NCBI GenBank assembly: GCA_963790305.1 | Contig: CAWBOC010000002.1 | Coordinates: forward strand, 96,001-160,000 | Length of the DNA: 64,000 bases | Reading direction: 5' to 3' | Source of the DNA: an uncultured Gemmatimonadaceae bacterium | GTDB taxonomy: Bacteria > Gemmatimonadota > Gemmatimonadetes > Gemmatimonadales > Gemmatimonadaceae | Program-made: the position numbers and the translations under genes | The notes under the pieces: model-generated | The model's database searches: none | What the model saw: the letters and a program-made list of their open reading frames with translations, nothing else | What the model was told of the DNA's origin: nothing | Part shown: piece after piece, positions 18,336-28,842 of the stretch | Numbering within the stretch: the stretch's first letter is position 1 | How the letters are laid out: each line of letters starts with the position of its first letter

Positions 18336-21300
18336 ATGCCGCATCGCGCTCGTCGATTTTCTGTGCATGCACTCGCCACGGCGCTCGCGCGCTTCTCGGC
18401 GGCGATGGCAACCGTCGCGGCCACGGCCACCTGTGATGGCGCCAACGTCCTCGGGCCCGTCGGTGTCAACGAGCTCGAGCTCGAGTGGCTCAGCGATACC
18501 CTCCTCTTCGTCGAGAGCCGAGTAGCGCCGGTCCTCCGCATAACGAGCGGCGGCGCCGCGGTGAGCGATTCCCGGGTCATCTTCACCAGCGACAATCCCG
18601 AGATCGTCGCCGTGTCGCCGGCCGGTGATTCGATTCATGCGCGACGCCTCGGCACGACCGAAATGACGATTCGCGTGCTCGGGTCGCTCTTTCCGGAAGA
18701 AGGCGAATCCTGGCGCCGAACGCTGCGAGTGGTGCTCAAGGATCTCCAGCTCGACCGGTCCCTCGTGGGCCTTACCAGCGTGGGCGACACCGCGACAATC
18801 CACGCGATGCCGTTAGGTGCGGACGATCAGATCATCAATGTCCCGGTGACGTGGCGGTCCCTCGACACCAACAGGGTCTCGGTGACCGACGGACGGCTCA
18901 CCGCGCGCGGCACCGGCGCGACCGAGGTCCAGGCCATCGTGGCGGGGGATACCGCTCGCGCGGCGGTGACCGTCGAGCAGCGCCTGTCGAGCTTCGTCCT
19001 CTCGCCGGAGGCCGCCACTCTGCGCAGCATCGGCGAAGAAGTGACCATCACCGCGACCCCCGTCGACAACAACGGGGCACCGGTGCCCGGGGTGACTCCG
19101 TTCTGGGAGAGCGGGGATGCCTCAGTGGCACGTGTCGATGACGCCGGGCGCGTCACCGCGATCGGCGGGGGCATAACAATGATTTACGCCTTCAAGGGTC
19201 CCGTGCGGTCGGGAGCGCGAGTGCAAGTCACGAACGACCCGGCCACGATCGCGATCGACCCGTCGGCGGACACCCTCACGAGGCCCGGCCAGCAGCTCGT
19301 CTACACGGCGGTCGTTCGCAACGCCCAGGGCGTGCCGATCGCCAACTATCCAACGGCCTGGCGCTCTGACAACCCCGCTGTCGCGTCCGTCACGGCCACG
19401 GGCACGGTCACATCCGTGGCGGCGGGCGCCGCGCGCATCATCGGCGAAGCAGGCACCATCGCCGATACGGTCGCGCTGGTGGTTCGCGACCTCACCGTGC
19501 TCCACGTCGACAACGCCTCCAATGCCCAGCCGCGCATCGGCACCCACGCCCGACCGTTCGCCACCATTCAGGCTGCGCTCGCCGACGCGACCTCGGGTGA
19601 CACGATCGCCCTGCGTCCGGGCAACCGACCGTATGCCGAGTCTCCGGCGCTCAGTGGACAAATCTCGCTGATCGGGAACGACTCCGCCTATCGAGCGAAT
19701 GGCAGCAACAACGCCGCCCTCCTCCCGACGATCTCGCACGAGACTGGTGCCGCCGCAATCGCCGTTTCCGCCGGGTCGTCGGTGTTGCTCCGCCATGTCG
19801 CCATCCGGCACATGGTCGATGGGCCAGCGATCGACGCCAATGGCGCCGGGGTGCGCATTGAGAACGTACACGTCAATCCTGGCCAGACGTCCAGAGTTGG
19901 TCGTGGTTTCCGCATTGCGAACGCCACGGGAGCGGTGATCAGCGATAGCCGCGTGAACGCCGTCGTCGGCTACGGGATACTGCTGTCGAACGTGAGCACT
20001 GGTCTCGTCTCACGCGTTCAGGTCGTTGGCGTCGATTCCGTCGCCGGAGCCAACGGTGAGGGAATTCGCGTCGTCCGCGGTTTTGGGAACGCCGTCGAGC
20101 TGAGCGCGGTCGCGTCGACGGCCGGACCACGCATCCTCCTCGACTCGACGTCTGGTGCCCGTGCTACCGGCGACACGCTGGCGGGCCGCCACCGCCTGCT
20201 GCGCGTTCGCGCTGCGACGGGCGCGACGGTGATCGCGAACAACGTGTTCTCGCTCAACCAGCAGGCGACCGATCCGCCCTCTGGCGGAAGCGCCGTGGAT
20301 GGACGCGCGGCGCTGGAGATTCTCGAGTCTGGCGGCGTGACGCTCAGCGGCAACTCGTTCGCCGAGGCGGGGAGTACGGCGATGGACGCGATTCGTCTCG
20401 TGGATGCGCGGGGTGCGGGGATAACGATCTCCGCGAGCCGGTTCAACGGCGGCAGATTCCATATCCGGTCGACGCGCTCGACCTGGGCGCTCAGCGGCTC
20501 CCTGCTCGAGAATGCGGTGCGCGCCATCGTCGCCGAAGAGGCGGACACGATCGCAATGACCTCCGATACCCTGCGCAGTGGGCAAGGTCGAGGGTGCGTC
20601 GACGTTCGCGGCTCGTCATCGATCTCCGTCATCGACGGCTGGCTCGCCAATTGTACGGCTGCGACGGCCGATACCGGGATGGCGGCGATCACGGTCGATG
20701 GATCGGGGGCGACACTGACGGTTCGCGGCACGCGCTTCACCGGCGCGAACGAGACCGCCATCGCGTTCACGGGTGCCGTGCTCACGGTGCAGAACGCGTC
20801 GCTCTCCGGCGCGGGCACCCGCACTGTCCCGACTCTCCGCTGGCCAGCGGCCATCACGGCCACCGCGAGCTCCGCCGACGTGACCGGGTCGAGCATCGTC
20901 GACTACCGGTTGCTCAATGGCGCATCGCTGCGGGCCGGGAGCGTTCGCTTCGAGGGGAATCGTGTCTGGCGTCAGCGGCGTGGCCTCGAGGTCGCGCAGT
21001 GGGTCACGGCCAGCATCGCGAACAACGACTTCGCCGACCATGAAGTGTCGGCGCTGGTGAACGCCGAGGCGGCGGTGCTCAGTGCCCAGCCTAACTGGTG
21101 GGGCGACGGGCGCGGTCCGCGTCGCTCCGTCGCGCCCGACGCGGTGGGTGATAGCGTCGTCGGCGCGGTCAACTTCGGCACCCCGGCGGCAGCGCCACAG
21201 TTCCCGGGCGCCGCAGCCTCGGAAGATTCGCTCCGGATCGTGCGCGGGAGCGGCCAATCGGCGTTGCGCGGAACGACGCTGCCGCAGCGCCTGACCGTTC

Positions 21301-21533
21301 GCGTGATGGACCAGCAGGGGCGCCCCGTGACTGGAGTGTCCGTGCGCTTCAGAATCCTCTCGGGAGGGGGAAGCCTCGAGGGCTCGAACCTTGTAGACCG
21401 CATCTCGAACGCCAGTGGCCTCTCCGAGGTGCAGATGACGTTAGGCAGCTCGGCCGGCACCGCTACCGTCGAGGCTGCCCAGGGCAACGGCAGCAAGCGG
21501 CGCGTCGTCACCTTCACCGTGACGAGCCAATGA
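18336..21533 (+). CDS. Large surface protein: Big_2 Ig repeats + right-handed beta-helix + C-terminal Big_1
   Basis: Repeated W.S.(D/N)..VA.V..G.VTA...G; LHVDNAS..GTHARPFATIQAAL; NWWGD..GP; GSGQSA..GTTLP..LTVRV.D..GRPV. Confidence 0.75.
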   Translation: MPHRARRFSVHALATALARFSAAMATVAATATCDGANVLGPVGVNELELEWLSDTLLFVESRVAPVLRITSGGAAVSDSRVIFTSDNPEIVAVSPAGDSIHARRLGTTEMTIRVLGSLFPEEGESWRRTLRVVLKDLQLDRSLVGLTSVGDTATIHAMPLGADDQIINVPVTWRSLDTNRVSVTDGRLTARGTGATEVQAIVAGDTARAAVTVEQRLSSFVLSPEAATLRSIGEEVTITATPVDNNGAPVPGVTPFWESGDASVARVDDAGRVTAIGGGITMIYAFKGPVRSGARVQVTNDPATIAIDPSADTLTRPGQQLVYTAVVRNAQGVPIANYPTAWRSDNPAVASVTATGTVTSVAAGAARIIGEAGTIADTVALVVRDLTVLHVDNASNAQPRIGTHARPFATIQAALADATSGDTIALRPGNRPYAESPALSGQISLIGNDSAYRANGSNNAALLPTISHETGAAAIAVSAGSSVLLRHVAIRHMVDGPAIDANGAGVRIENVHVNPGQTSRVGRGFRIANATGAVISDSRVNAVVGYGILLSNVSTGLVSRVQVVGVDSVAGANGEGIRVVRGFGNAVELSAVASTAGPRILLDSTSGARATGDTLAGRHRLLRVRAATGATVIANNVFSLNQQATDPPSGGSAVDGRAALEILESGGVTLSGNSFAEAGSTAMDAIRLVDARGAGITISASRFNGGRFHIRSTRSTWALSGSLLENAVRAIVAEEADTIAMTSDTLRSGQGRGCVDVRGSSSISVIDGWLANCTAATADTGMAAITVDGSGATLTVRGTRFTGANETAIAFTGAVLTVQNASLSGAGTRTVPTLRWPAAITATASSADVTGSSIVDYRLLNGASLRAGSVRFEGNRVWRQRRGLEVAQWVTASIANNDFADHEVSALVNAEAAVLSAQPNWWGDGRGPRRSVAPDAVGDSVVGAVNFGTPAAAPQFPGAAASEDSLRIVRGSGQSALRGTTLPQRLTVRVMDQQGRPVTGVSVRFRILSGGGSLEGSNLVDRISNASGLSEVQMTLGSSAGTATVEAAQGNGSKRRVVTFTVTSQ

Positions 21534-23081
21534 GCCAGTGCCAGCGCTGCGGCGCGGCGATCGCGCCGGGCTCACGCTTCTGCCCGAGCTGTGGGCGGCA
21601 GGTCCTCGATCCGGGTGCATCCACGCTCCTCGTTGGCCCTGCCAATGACGCACTGCTGGCGGAGGTGCGTCATGCCCTCTCCGGGGAGTACGACATCGAC
21701 CGCGAGGTCGGCCGCGGCGCCATGGCGATCGTCTACCGTGGAACGGAAGCCGGTCTCGGACGCCGCGTTGCCCTCAAGGTCCTCCCTCCCGAGATGACCC
21801 TGAACCGGGAGCTCACCGAGCGCTTCAAGCGCGAGGCGCGCCTGGCTGCCTCGCTCGAGCATCCCAACATCATCCCCGTGTATCGGGAAGGGCAGGCGGG
21901 TCGGTTCCTGTTCATGGCGATGAAGTTCATCGAGGGCCGCTCCCTCGAGGACATCATCGCGTCGCAGGGCCCACTGCCGGTGCCTGTCGTGCTCCACGTC
22001 CTGCGGGCAGCGACGAGCGCGCTGGCGTACGCGCACGAGCGCGGCATTGTCCACCGCGACATCAAGAGCGCCAACATCCTCGTCGATCGCGACGGCCGCG
22101 TGGTGGTCAGCGACTTCGGAATCGCTCGCGCCGCCGAGGATGCGAGTCTCACCTCGACCGGGACGATGGTCGGGACGCCGTATTTCATGAGTCCTGAGCA
22201 ATGCGCCGCACGACGCATCGGGCCACAGAGCGATCAGTACTCGTTAGGGGTCGTCGCCTTTCGAGATGCTCACCGGGAGCGTGCCCTTCCAGGCCGAGTC
22301 GCTGCCGGGGATCATGCATCACCACTTCTACACGCAGGTGCCCGACGTCACGACCGCGCGTCTCGACGTCCCGCTGCCGCTGCGTGAGCTGATCGACCGC
22401 GCACTCGCGAAAAAGCCCGAGAATCGCTTTGCCTCCACGCATGCGATGCTCGCGGCCGTCGAGGCGGTTCCGTTCGTGGAAGAGGGTCGGCGCGAGGGGC
22501 TCGCACACCTTCGCGATCTCGCGCATGGTGCGCCGATTCCCGTCGTCGGCATCTCCGCACTGCCGCAGCTCGCGAGCTCGATCCGTCTCACGCCCCCGCA
22601 GCACGCGCCCGCGATACAGCCGCGCGCGGCGGCCCTCTCGAAGTGGGCCATCGTGTTGATCGCCGCGACGGTGTTGGGCGCCGGTGGGGCCGCCGCGGTC
22701 GTCCTGCGGCGACCTCCCGCACCCGTGCCGGTTCCGACTGCGGTGGTGGTCGCGCCGGAGATGACGCCACGCATCGAGCGACCGCAGGCGGCCACGCCCC
22801 CTCCCGTCGATTCGACGCGGCGCGTCGCCGAGGCACCGGCAGTCGAGTCGAAGGCGGTGGGCCGCTTGCGCGTGCGCGCCTTCCCCGCCGATGCAGAAAT
22901 CCGAGTCGACGGGCAACTGCTCGGACGTGGCGTCGTCCTCGATTCCACCGTTCGAATCGGCTCCCGGCGGCTGCGCGTTTCGGCGCCGGGCTACAAGTCG
23001 TTCGACACCACGGTCACCGTCGTGGCCGATGAGATCACCGCGCTCGCTCGCATCGCACTGCCGACACAGGACCCCGAGTGA
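21530..23081 (+). CDS. Ser/Thr protein kinase with N-terminal zinc ribbon, TM and C-terminal PEGA (frameshift ~22262)
   Basis: CQRC..FCPSCG; GRGAMA, VALK, HRDIKSAN, DFG, GTPYFMSPEQ; continues in the 22266 frame after an extra T. Confidence 0.85.
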
Positions 23082-24127
23082 TGACCTTCCTTCGCATCAT
23101 CGTCGTCATGATCTCGCTGACGGCATTCGCGCGACCAGGCATGGCGCAGCGCGCTCCGGGTGAAGTCCTGAGTCGTGGAGTGATCCTGTACGAGGAGCTC
23201 CAGCTGGAGCGCGCGGTCGTGCTCCTGCGCGAGGTGACATCGCCGAGCAATACCGCCGCCTCAATGGCGGAGCGCGTGCAGGCAATGAAGTATCTCGGCG
23301 CGGCGTTCTCGCTCATGGGTCAACGCGATTCGGCGATCGTGTACTTCCGACGGATGCTGGAGCGCGATCCCTTCATGGACCTCGATCCCGCCGTGTTTAC
23401 GGCGCAGGAGCGACAGCTCTTCGCACTCGCACGGCGGCAGACGTTCGTGGTGGGCGTGAGGACGCTGTCCGACACCGCGTTCCTGCCAGGACAGGGGGGC
23501 GTGTCGCTGCGGTTCGTGACGACGCAGCATGCGCGCGTGCAGGCCATCGTGCGTCACCCAACCGAGTCCGAGCCGGTGGCGACGTTCCGATGGACCGCGG
23601 AAGGCGCTTCGGAATCTCCGTGGGACGGGCTCGATCAGAAGGGAGAGCGGCTGCCAGCGGGGCGCTATCAGCTGGACGTTACCGCGACCGCCACCAACGA
23701 CTCCTCGAGTGACACGGTCACGCTTCGCTTCGACGTCAACTACCAGCACGAGCCGCTCGAGGATTCGCTCGCATTCGATCCGCGCTCCCTTCTGCCCGAG
23801 CGACGCCCCCCGTCGATCGCGCGCTCGCAGCTTGCCGCGGGGTTGGCGCTCGCGTCCTTCGCCATCGCGGTGCCGAGCGTCATCGGACATGGCGACCTGG
23901 ACGGCACCCGGAAACACGCCGTCGTGATGGCGAGCGTCACGGCCTCCGGTGGTATCGCATCGTTCTTTTTCCTGCGACGGGGCTCGGGGATTCCCGCCAA
24001 CGTCCTGGAGAACGCGCGTCGCCGCGAGCAGCACGTACGCCAGAACCGCGAGATCCGCGAGCGCAACACCGCCCGCCTGGCCGCCGCGCGCATGGTCATC
24101 ACGCCGACGATTGGAGAGTCGCGATGA
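23078..24127 (+). CDS. Exported TPR-like + FlgD-type Ig domain protein
   Basis: Signal peptide, helical repeat (YLGAA..GQRDSAIVYFR), WDGLDQKGERLPAGRYQL. Confidence 0.6.
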   Translation: MMTFLRIIVVMISLTAFARPGMAQRAPGEVLSRGVILYEELQLERAVVLLREVTSPSNTAASMAERVQAMKYLGAAFSLMGQRDSAIVYFRRMLERDPFMDLDPAVFTAQERQLFALARRQTFVVGVRTLSDTAFLPGQGGVSLRFVTTQHARVQAIVRHPTESEPVATFRWTAEGASESPWDGLDQKGERLPAGRYQLDVTATATNDSSSDTVTLRFDVNYQHEPLEDSLAFDPRSLLPERRPPSIARSQLAAGLALASFAIAVPSVIGHGDLDGTRKHAVVMASVTASGGIASFFFLRRGSGIPANVLENARRREQHVRQNREIRERNTARLAAARMVITPTIGESR

Positions 24128-24768
24128 GGACGCGCTGGTGGTTCTGGTTGATGTCCCTTGCCTGTGCCGGGCCGCTTCGCGCGCAGATCCCGGTGACGAC
24201 CGGAGTGTCCGTCTCGCTGGCCGAGCATCGGGTGACGGCGGGCGCAGGGCTCGAGCGGTCGTCAGGCACGATGTTCGGGCTGTGGGCAACGACGACGGTC
24301 CCATGGCAAGCCGTCGAGGCGCGTGCCTCGCTCCGGGCCGGGTCGTTAGGGGCCAACGAGCGCTCGGCCATCGATCGAGACGTGGGCGAAGTGAGCCTGG
24401 GCGCCAGCATTCCGGTGAGCGACTGGCTTGGCCTCGACGCCGGCGTGGTCGTTCGGCGATACGAATCGGCGCTCGCCGCCCAGCGGTGGGTGTGGGGTGA
24501 AGTCGGGATTCATGGCCGCCGGTCGATGCTCGAGGATGCCCTGAAGCTTTCGGCGGGACTGTCGATCATGCCCTGGGTGAGCGTGAGCGGGATCTCCCGC
24601 CCCGATCTCGCCGTGGCTGCGCACAGCGCGGTCGGCTACACCGCCGGCCGGCTGACCGCAACGATTCGCTACGGCCTGGAGCGATTCGATTTCCCCGCGC
24701 GCAACGATGTGCGACGACTCGAGGAGCTCTCATCCCTCGAGCTCGGCGTGGCCTGGAAGATTCGCTGA
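24124..24768 (+). CDS. Putative outer-membrane beta-barrel protein
   Basis: Signal peptide, alternating beta strands, C-terminal LELGVAWKIR. Confidence 0.5.
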   Translation: MRTRWWFWLMSLACAGPLRAQIPVTTGVSVSLAEHRVTAGAGLERSSGTMFGLWATTTVPWQAVEARASLRAGSLGANERSAIDRDVGEVSLGASIPVSDWLGLDAGVVVRRYESALAAQRWVWGEVGIHGRRSMLEDALKLSAGLSIMPWVSVSGISRPDLAVAAHSAVGYTAGRLTATIRYGLERFDFPARNDVRRLEELSSLELGVAWKIR

Positions 24769-24806
24769 GCCTGTCGCGATAGCGTTCCGGGCCCCACCTT
24801 TCCGGG

Positions 24807-27752
24807 ATGGCGACCGTCTTCCACGCCGTCCCCGAGCCCACCTCGGTGCCCGGCGCGCCCTCCCCATCGCTTTCCCAACGTGAGGCCATCGAGGCGGCGC
24901 CCGGACCCCTGCTCGTTCTTGCAGGCCCGGGTGCCGGAAAGACGTACTGCCTCATCGAGCGCATTCGCTTTCTCATCGAAGAGTGCGACGTCCCGCCCCC
25001 GCGCATCTGCGCCTTCACCTTCACCAACAAGGCCGCGGACGAGATCACGCACCGCCTCGAGCGCGCGTTAGGCGACGACGGGGCGCCGGTGAGGTCGGGG
25101 ACGATTCACGCCTTCTGCGCCGAGCTGCTCCGGGAGTATGCGGCGCGCGTGGGACTGCCGCCGGGGTTCGGGATCGCTGACGAGGACTATCAGCTCAACG
25201 TCCTGCGTCGCCTCGAGGGCCCGAAGCCATGGCATCGGCGGCTCCTCACCGAGTTCAGCGCCAACCGATTTCGGGGCGCGGCATTCGCGCGACACGAGAG
25301 CCACGAGCTCTTCGATCGCTACGAGCGATTTCTCGCGCAGCGAAAGATGGTGGACTTCGACATGCTCGTGCTCAAGGCGGCCGAGCTGCTCGAGCACACG
25401 CCCGAAGCGAAGACGATTCGCTCCCGCTGGGATGTGGTGCTCGTCGACGAATTTCAGGATCTGAACCCGGTCCAGTACCGCGTCATTCGCGAGCTCGCGC
25501 GCGATCACGAGCATCTCTTCGCCGTGGGCGATCACGAGCAGTCGATCTACTCGTTCGCGGGGGCCGATCCGGGCGTCTTCCAAAGACTGCTCAACGACTT
25601 TGGGCTGGCGAGGAAGATCCGCCTCGAGGAAAATCGCCGTTGCCCCCGGGATGTCTTTGCGTTGGCTCGGCGCCTCGTGTCGATGAACCCTCAGATGTTC
25701 GCCGACCTGCCCCCGCCGCAGGCGAACCGCGCGTCACCCCATCAACCCAGCGCGCTTTCCTTCGCCACCGACGACGCGGAGCGTGCCTGGATCGTCGACG
25801 ACGTTCGCCGGGACCAGGCCGAGTGGATGCATGACTGGGCCGAAGTGGCGCTCCTCTACCGCACGAACGAAATGGGAGAGGCACTGGAAGGGGCCTTTCT
25901 CAACGCGGGCATTCCGTGCCGTCTGGCGCGCGGGCGCGCGCTGGCCGAGGACCCCGTCGTCGCGTATGTGATCGCCGCGCTGCGGGTCATCGCGTATCCG
26001 AACGACCCGCTCCATTGCGAGGCCTTCTTCGAGGCAGTGCTGTCGCGGGTGCTCTTCGATCAGGCTCGGGTGCGGGCCGACGAGACGCGGCAGGACCTGA
26101 TCCGACAGCTCTACCACATTGCTGCGCACGTGTCCCGCGCTGGTGAGGACGGGCGCCAGGTGCATCGTGCGCTCTCGCACTGGAGAAACTTGCAGGCCAT
26201 CGGCTGTCGCCACTCGTCGTTAGGCCCGCTCATCCACGATCTCCTGTCCCAGCGTGTGGGGCAGAGGCGCTCGGTCCTCGAGGAACGGCATGACGAGCTG
26301 AGCGATCCGATCGAGCAGCCCGACGTCGTGTCGCTCGCCGATCGCCTTCGCGACGCGCGCGAGCGGCACGCAGCGATCTGCCTTCCCGACCTGCACGGCG
26401 TCGAGATCCCGCTCAAGGCCATCCTGCTCGGTCTCGGCTTCGGTGAGGTGTACACGGGGAACGTGGTCATGCCGCGATCGGAGCGCATCTCCCCGCACGA
26501 GTGCAAGACGCTCGGCCTGCCGTTAGGGCTGTTCAAGGCCGCCCAGCTTCTGGAGAGCCGAGCATTCGGCGAGCCATTCCGGAACTTCATTGCGTTCGAT
26601 CTGGAGACGACCAGCAATGACCCGGAGATCGCCGAGATCGTGGAGATCGCGGCGGTGCGCGTGAGGAACGGCAAGCCATGCGAGACGTTCAACGCGCTGG
26701 TGAAGCCTCGCGGTCCGATACCGCGTCAAGCCACCGAGATCCATGGGCTGCGTGACGCCGACGTCGAGGGCGCTTCGCGCTTCGAGGACGTGTGGCCACA
26801 GTTCCGTCGCTTCTGCGGCAGCGACGTCGTGGCCGCCCACAATGGCTACGAGTTCGACTTCCAGGTTCTCAAACGCATGGTGAAGGAGCTGGGCGGGCGA
26901 TTCGACCTGTGCATGTACGACACGCTCCCGCTCTCGTGCGATCTCCTGTCTACGAGCCACAAGCTGATCAACCTCGCGCGTGTATTCGGCATCGATCCAG
27001 GACGCTCGCACCGTGCACTCGACGACTCCCGTACTCTGGCGCAGGTCGTCATTAAGCTCGATGAGGCCAAGCTTGCGCGCTCGCGAAAAAGCGCGTTGCT
27101 CAACCTCTTGGGCCATCTCGGCGTCGCGCTTGCGCTGTGCGACCAGCAAACCCTCTGCGCCGAGGCTGCCCTCTTCCGCGATTTCGCCCGACCCTTCGCG
27201 CTAGGGCGATATAGCGGCAGTCTGGAGTTCTACGAGAACGAGGCGGCGGACAACGAGTCCGTTCCGAGCGTCGACGAGGTCATCGAGGCACTCGGCGGAG
27301 CGAAGCTCATGATGAAGATCCGCGCCGAGAAGACGGCGGAGGAGATGTATCCGAGTGCGCTGCTGCGGCTGCGCCGGTTGATCGAGCGGATTCCCGACGG
27401 AACGCTGCAGGCGCAGATCGTGACATTTCTCGAGTGCGCGGTTCTCTCGAAGTTTGATGGGCACGAGCCCGAGCGTGGCCGAGTCAACCTGCTCACGCTC
27501 CATTCCACGAAGGGGCTCGAGTTCTCACGCGTGTACATCGTCGGTTCGGAAGACGCGCACCTTCCCGGCCGCACCGCGAGCCGTGAGGCGACACCCGAGG
27601 AGGTCGAAGAGGCGCGGCGGCTGCTGTACGTGGGCATGACCCGCGCGAAAGACCGCATCGTGCTGACGCACACGCAGTCGCGCGCGGGCCGGCCTGGCGG
27701 TGGACATCGTTTTCTCGACGAGATGGGCCTGGCGCCGAGGACCATGGCCTGA
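24807..27752 (+). CDS. UvrD/PcrA-type SF1 helicase with inserted DEDDh 3'-5' exonuclease
   Basis: AGPGAGKT, FTNKAA, VDEFQD, VGDHEQSIYSF, LHSTKGLEF, YVGMTRAK; exonuclease FDLETT, AAHNGYEFD, HRALDD. Confidence 0.9.
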   Translation: MATVFHAVPEPTSVPGAPSPSLSQREAIEAAPGPLLVLAGPGAGKTYCLIERIRFLIEECDVPPPRICAFTFTNKAADEITHRLERALGDDGAPVRSGTIHAFCAELLREYAARVGLPPGFGIADEDYQLNVLRRLEGPKPWHRRLLTEFSANRFRGAAFARHESHELFDRYERFLAQRKMVDFDMLVLKAAELLEHTPEAKTIRSRWDVVLVDEFQDLNPVQYRVIRELARDHEHLFAVGDHEQSIYSFAGADPGVFQRLLNDFGLARKIRLEENRRCPRDVFALARRLVSMNPQMFADLPPPQANRASPHQPSALSFATDDAERAWIVDDVRRDQAEWMHDWAEVALLYRTNEMGEALEGAFLNAGIPCRLARGRALAEDPVVAYVIAALRVIAYPNDPLHCEAFFEAVLSRVLFDQARVRADETRQDLIRQLYHIAAHVSRAGEDGRQVHRALSHWRNLQAIGCRHSSLGPLIHDLLSQRVGQRRSVLEERHDELSDPIEQPDVVSLADRLRDARERHAAICLPDLHGVEIPLKAILLGLGFGEVYTGNVVMPRSERISPHECKTLGLPLGLFKAAQLLESRAFGEPFRNFIAFDLETTSNDPEIAEIVEIAAVRVRNGKPCETFNALVKPRGPIPRQATEIHGLRDADVEGASRFEDVWPQFRRFCGSDVVAAHNGYEFDFQVLKRMVKELGGRFDLCMYDTLPLSCDLLSTSHKLINLARVFGIDPGRSHRALDDSRTLAQVVIKLDEAKLARSRKSALLNLLGHLGVALALCDQQTLCAEAALFRDFARPFALGRYSGSLEFYENEAADNESVPSVDEVIEALGGAKLMMKIRAEKTAEEMYPSALLRLRRLIERIPDGTLQAQIVTFLECAVLSKFDGHEPERGRVNLLTLHSTKGLEFSRVYIVGSEDAHLPGRTASREATPEEVEEARRLLYVGMTRAKDRIVLTHTQSRAGRPGGGHRFLDEMGLAPRTMA

Positions 27753-28411
27753 TGTGGCGCGTTGGCGTCGGGGATGAGGAGGTGACCGCCGAGCATGATT
27801 CGGCGAGCTCACCGATCGTCTTCGTGTGCGCGCATGGGGCCGGCGGCAACATGGCCGATCGCGGTGTCCTCTCGGTATCGCAGGTGATGCGTGCGCAGGG
27901 CATGGACGTCGTTCGCTTCAACTTTCTGTACAAGGAGAGGCGCAGCGGGCGTCCCGACGCGATGCCCCTGCTCAAGGCCACGGTCGAGGCGGTGGTGGCG
28001 CGCACTCGCGAAGAGCTTCGACCCGACGTCGTGATTATCGGTGGGCGATCGATGGGCGGACGAGCGGCATCCATGCTCGCCGCGGATGGCTTCGCCTGCG
28101 ACGGTCTCCTCCTGCTCGCGTACCCGCTGCACCCCGCGGGAAAGCCCGATCAGCTTCGCGACGCGCATCTCCCAAGGGTCGAGGCGCCTGTACTCTGTCT
28201 CAACGGTACGCGCGATGCACTGTGCAGACGCGACCTCATGGACGCCGTACTGCAGCGCGTGGGCCCGAACTGGACGATGCACTGGCTCGACGGTGCCGAC
28301 CACAGCTTTCACGTTCTCAAGTCATCGGGGAGAACGGACGCCGAGGTGCTGGCGGAGATAGGGGAGACGAGCCGGGAGTGGGTGGAGCGGCTGGCGCGCG
28401 TCCACCGTTAG
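27752..28411 (+). CDS. Alpha/beta hydrolase (KANL3/Tex30-like)
   Basis: AHGAGG, RFNFLY, GGRSMGGR, YPLHP.GKP..LR..HL, DHSF. Confidence 0.85.
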   Translation: MWRVGVGDEEVTAEHDSASSPIVFVCAHGAGGNMADRGVLSVSQVMRAQGMDVVRFNFLYKERRSGRPDAMPLLKATVEAVVARTREELRPDVVIIGGRSMGGRAASMLAADGFACDGLLLLAYPLHPAGKPDQLRDAHLPRVEAPVLCLNGTRDALCRRDLMDAVLQRVGPNWTMHWLDGADHSFHVLKSSGRTDAEVLAEIGETSREWVERLARVHR

Positions 28412-28783
28412 GCCCAGCGCGGCGGCAGGCACGGGCCCGCCGGGCACCAGGGTCCGGCTCCCGAGATCGATGCGCAGGTTGAGCCCGTCGAGCGAGCGGG
28501 CACCGAGCAGGACGAGGTCACCTCGCGCCGCGAAGACGACCAGGTCCGGCGCTGATGCTCCGGCGACATGGATGTTCGCGAAGCCCACCCCGCGCTCGAT
28601 CTCCCGTCCATCGGCGGTCACGAAGTCGACGAGGCGCTCGGGAACGAGCCCGATCGACTCGAGCACGGGCTGCGGCACCCAGGTGTACTCGCTTCCCGTG
28701 TCGACGATGACATCCGAGAGCTCGACCACGGTGCCACGCCGGGCCGGATGCTCGATCGCGATGGTCGTTCGCAGAATGCCCAT
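28322..28783 (-). CDS. Clan AA (retropepsin-like) aspartic protease
   Basis: IVDTGSEYTWVP, LLGARSLDGLNL. Confidence 0.8.
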   Translation of the reverse strand: MGILRTTIAIEHPARRGTVVELSDVIVDTGSEYTWVPQPVLESIGLVPERLVDFVTADGREIERGVGFANIHVAGASAPDLVVFAARGDLVLLGARSLDGLNLRIDLGSRTLVPGGPVPAAALGLTVDARQPLHPLPARLPYLRQHLGVRSPR

Positions 28784-28842
28784 CGCGTCGAGCATACGGT
28801 CTTCGCCGCCGAGTGCGGCATCGAACTAGCGCGTGGCGTCTC

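Noticed and set aside
22255..22270. Kinase as two separate genes
   Set aside because: Removing one T from GCCTTTCGAG restores the standard AFEMLTG subdomain IX sequence
28322..28783. Retropepsin as evidence of a retroelement
   Set aside because: No reverse transcriptase nearby; standalone clan AA proteases are common in bacteria
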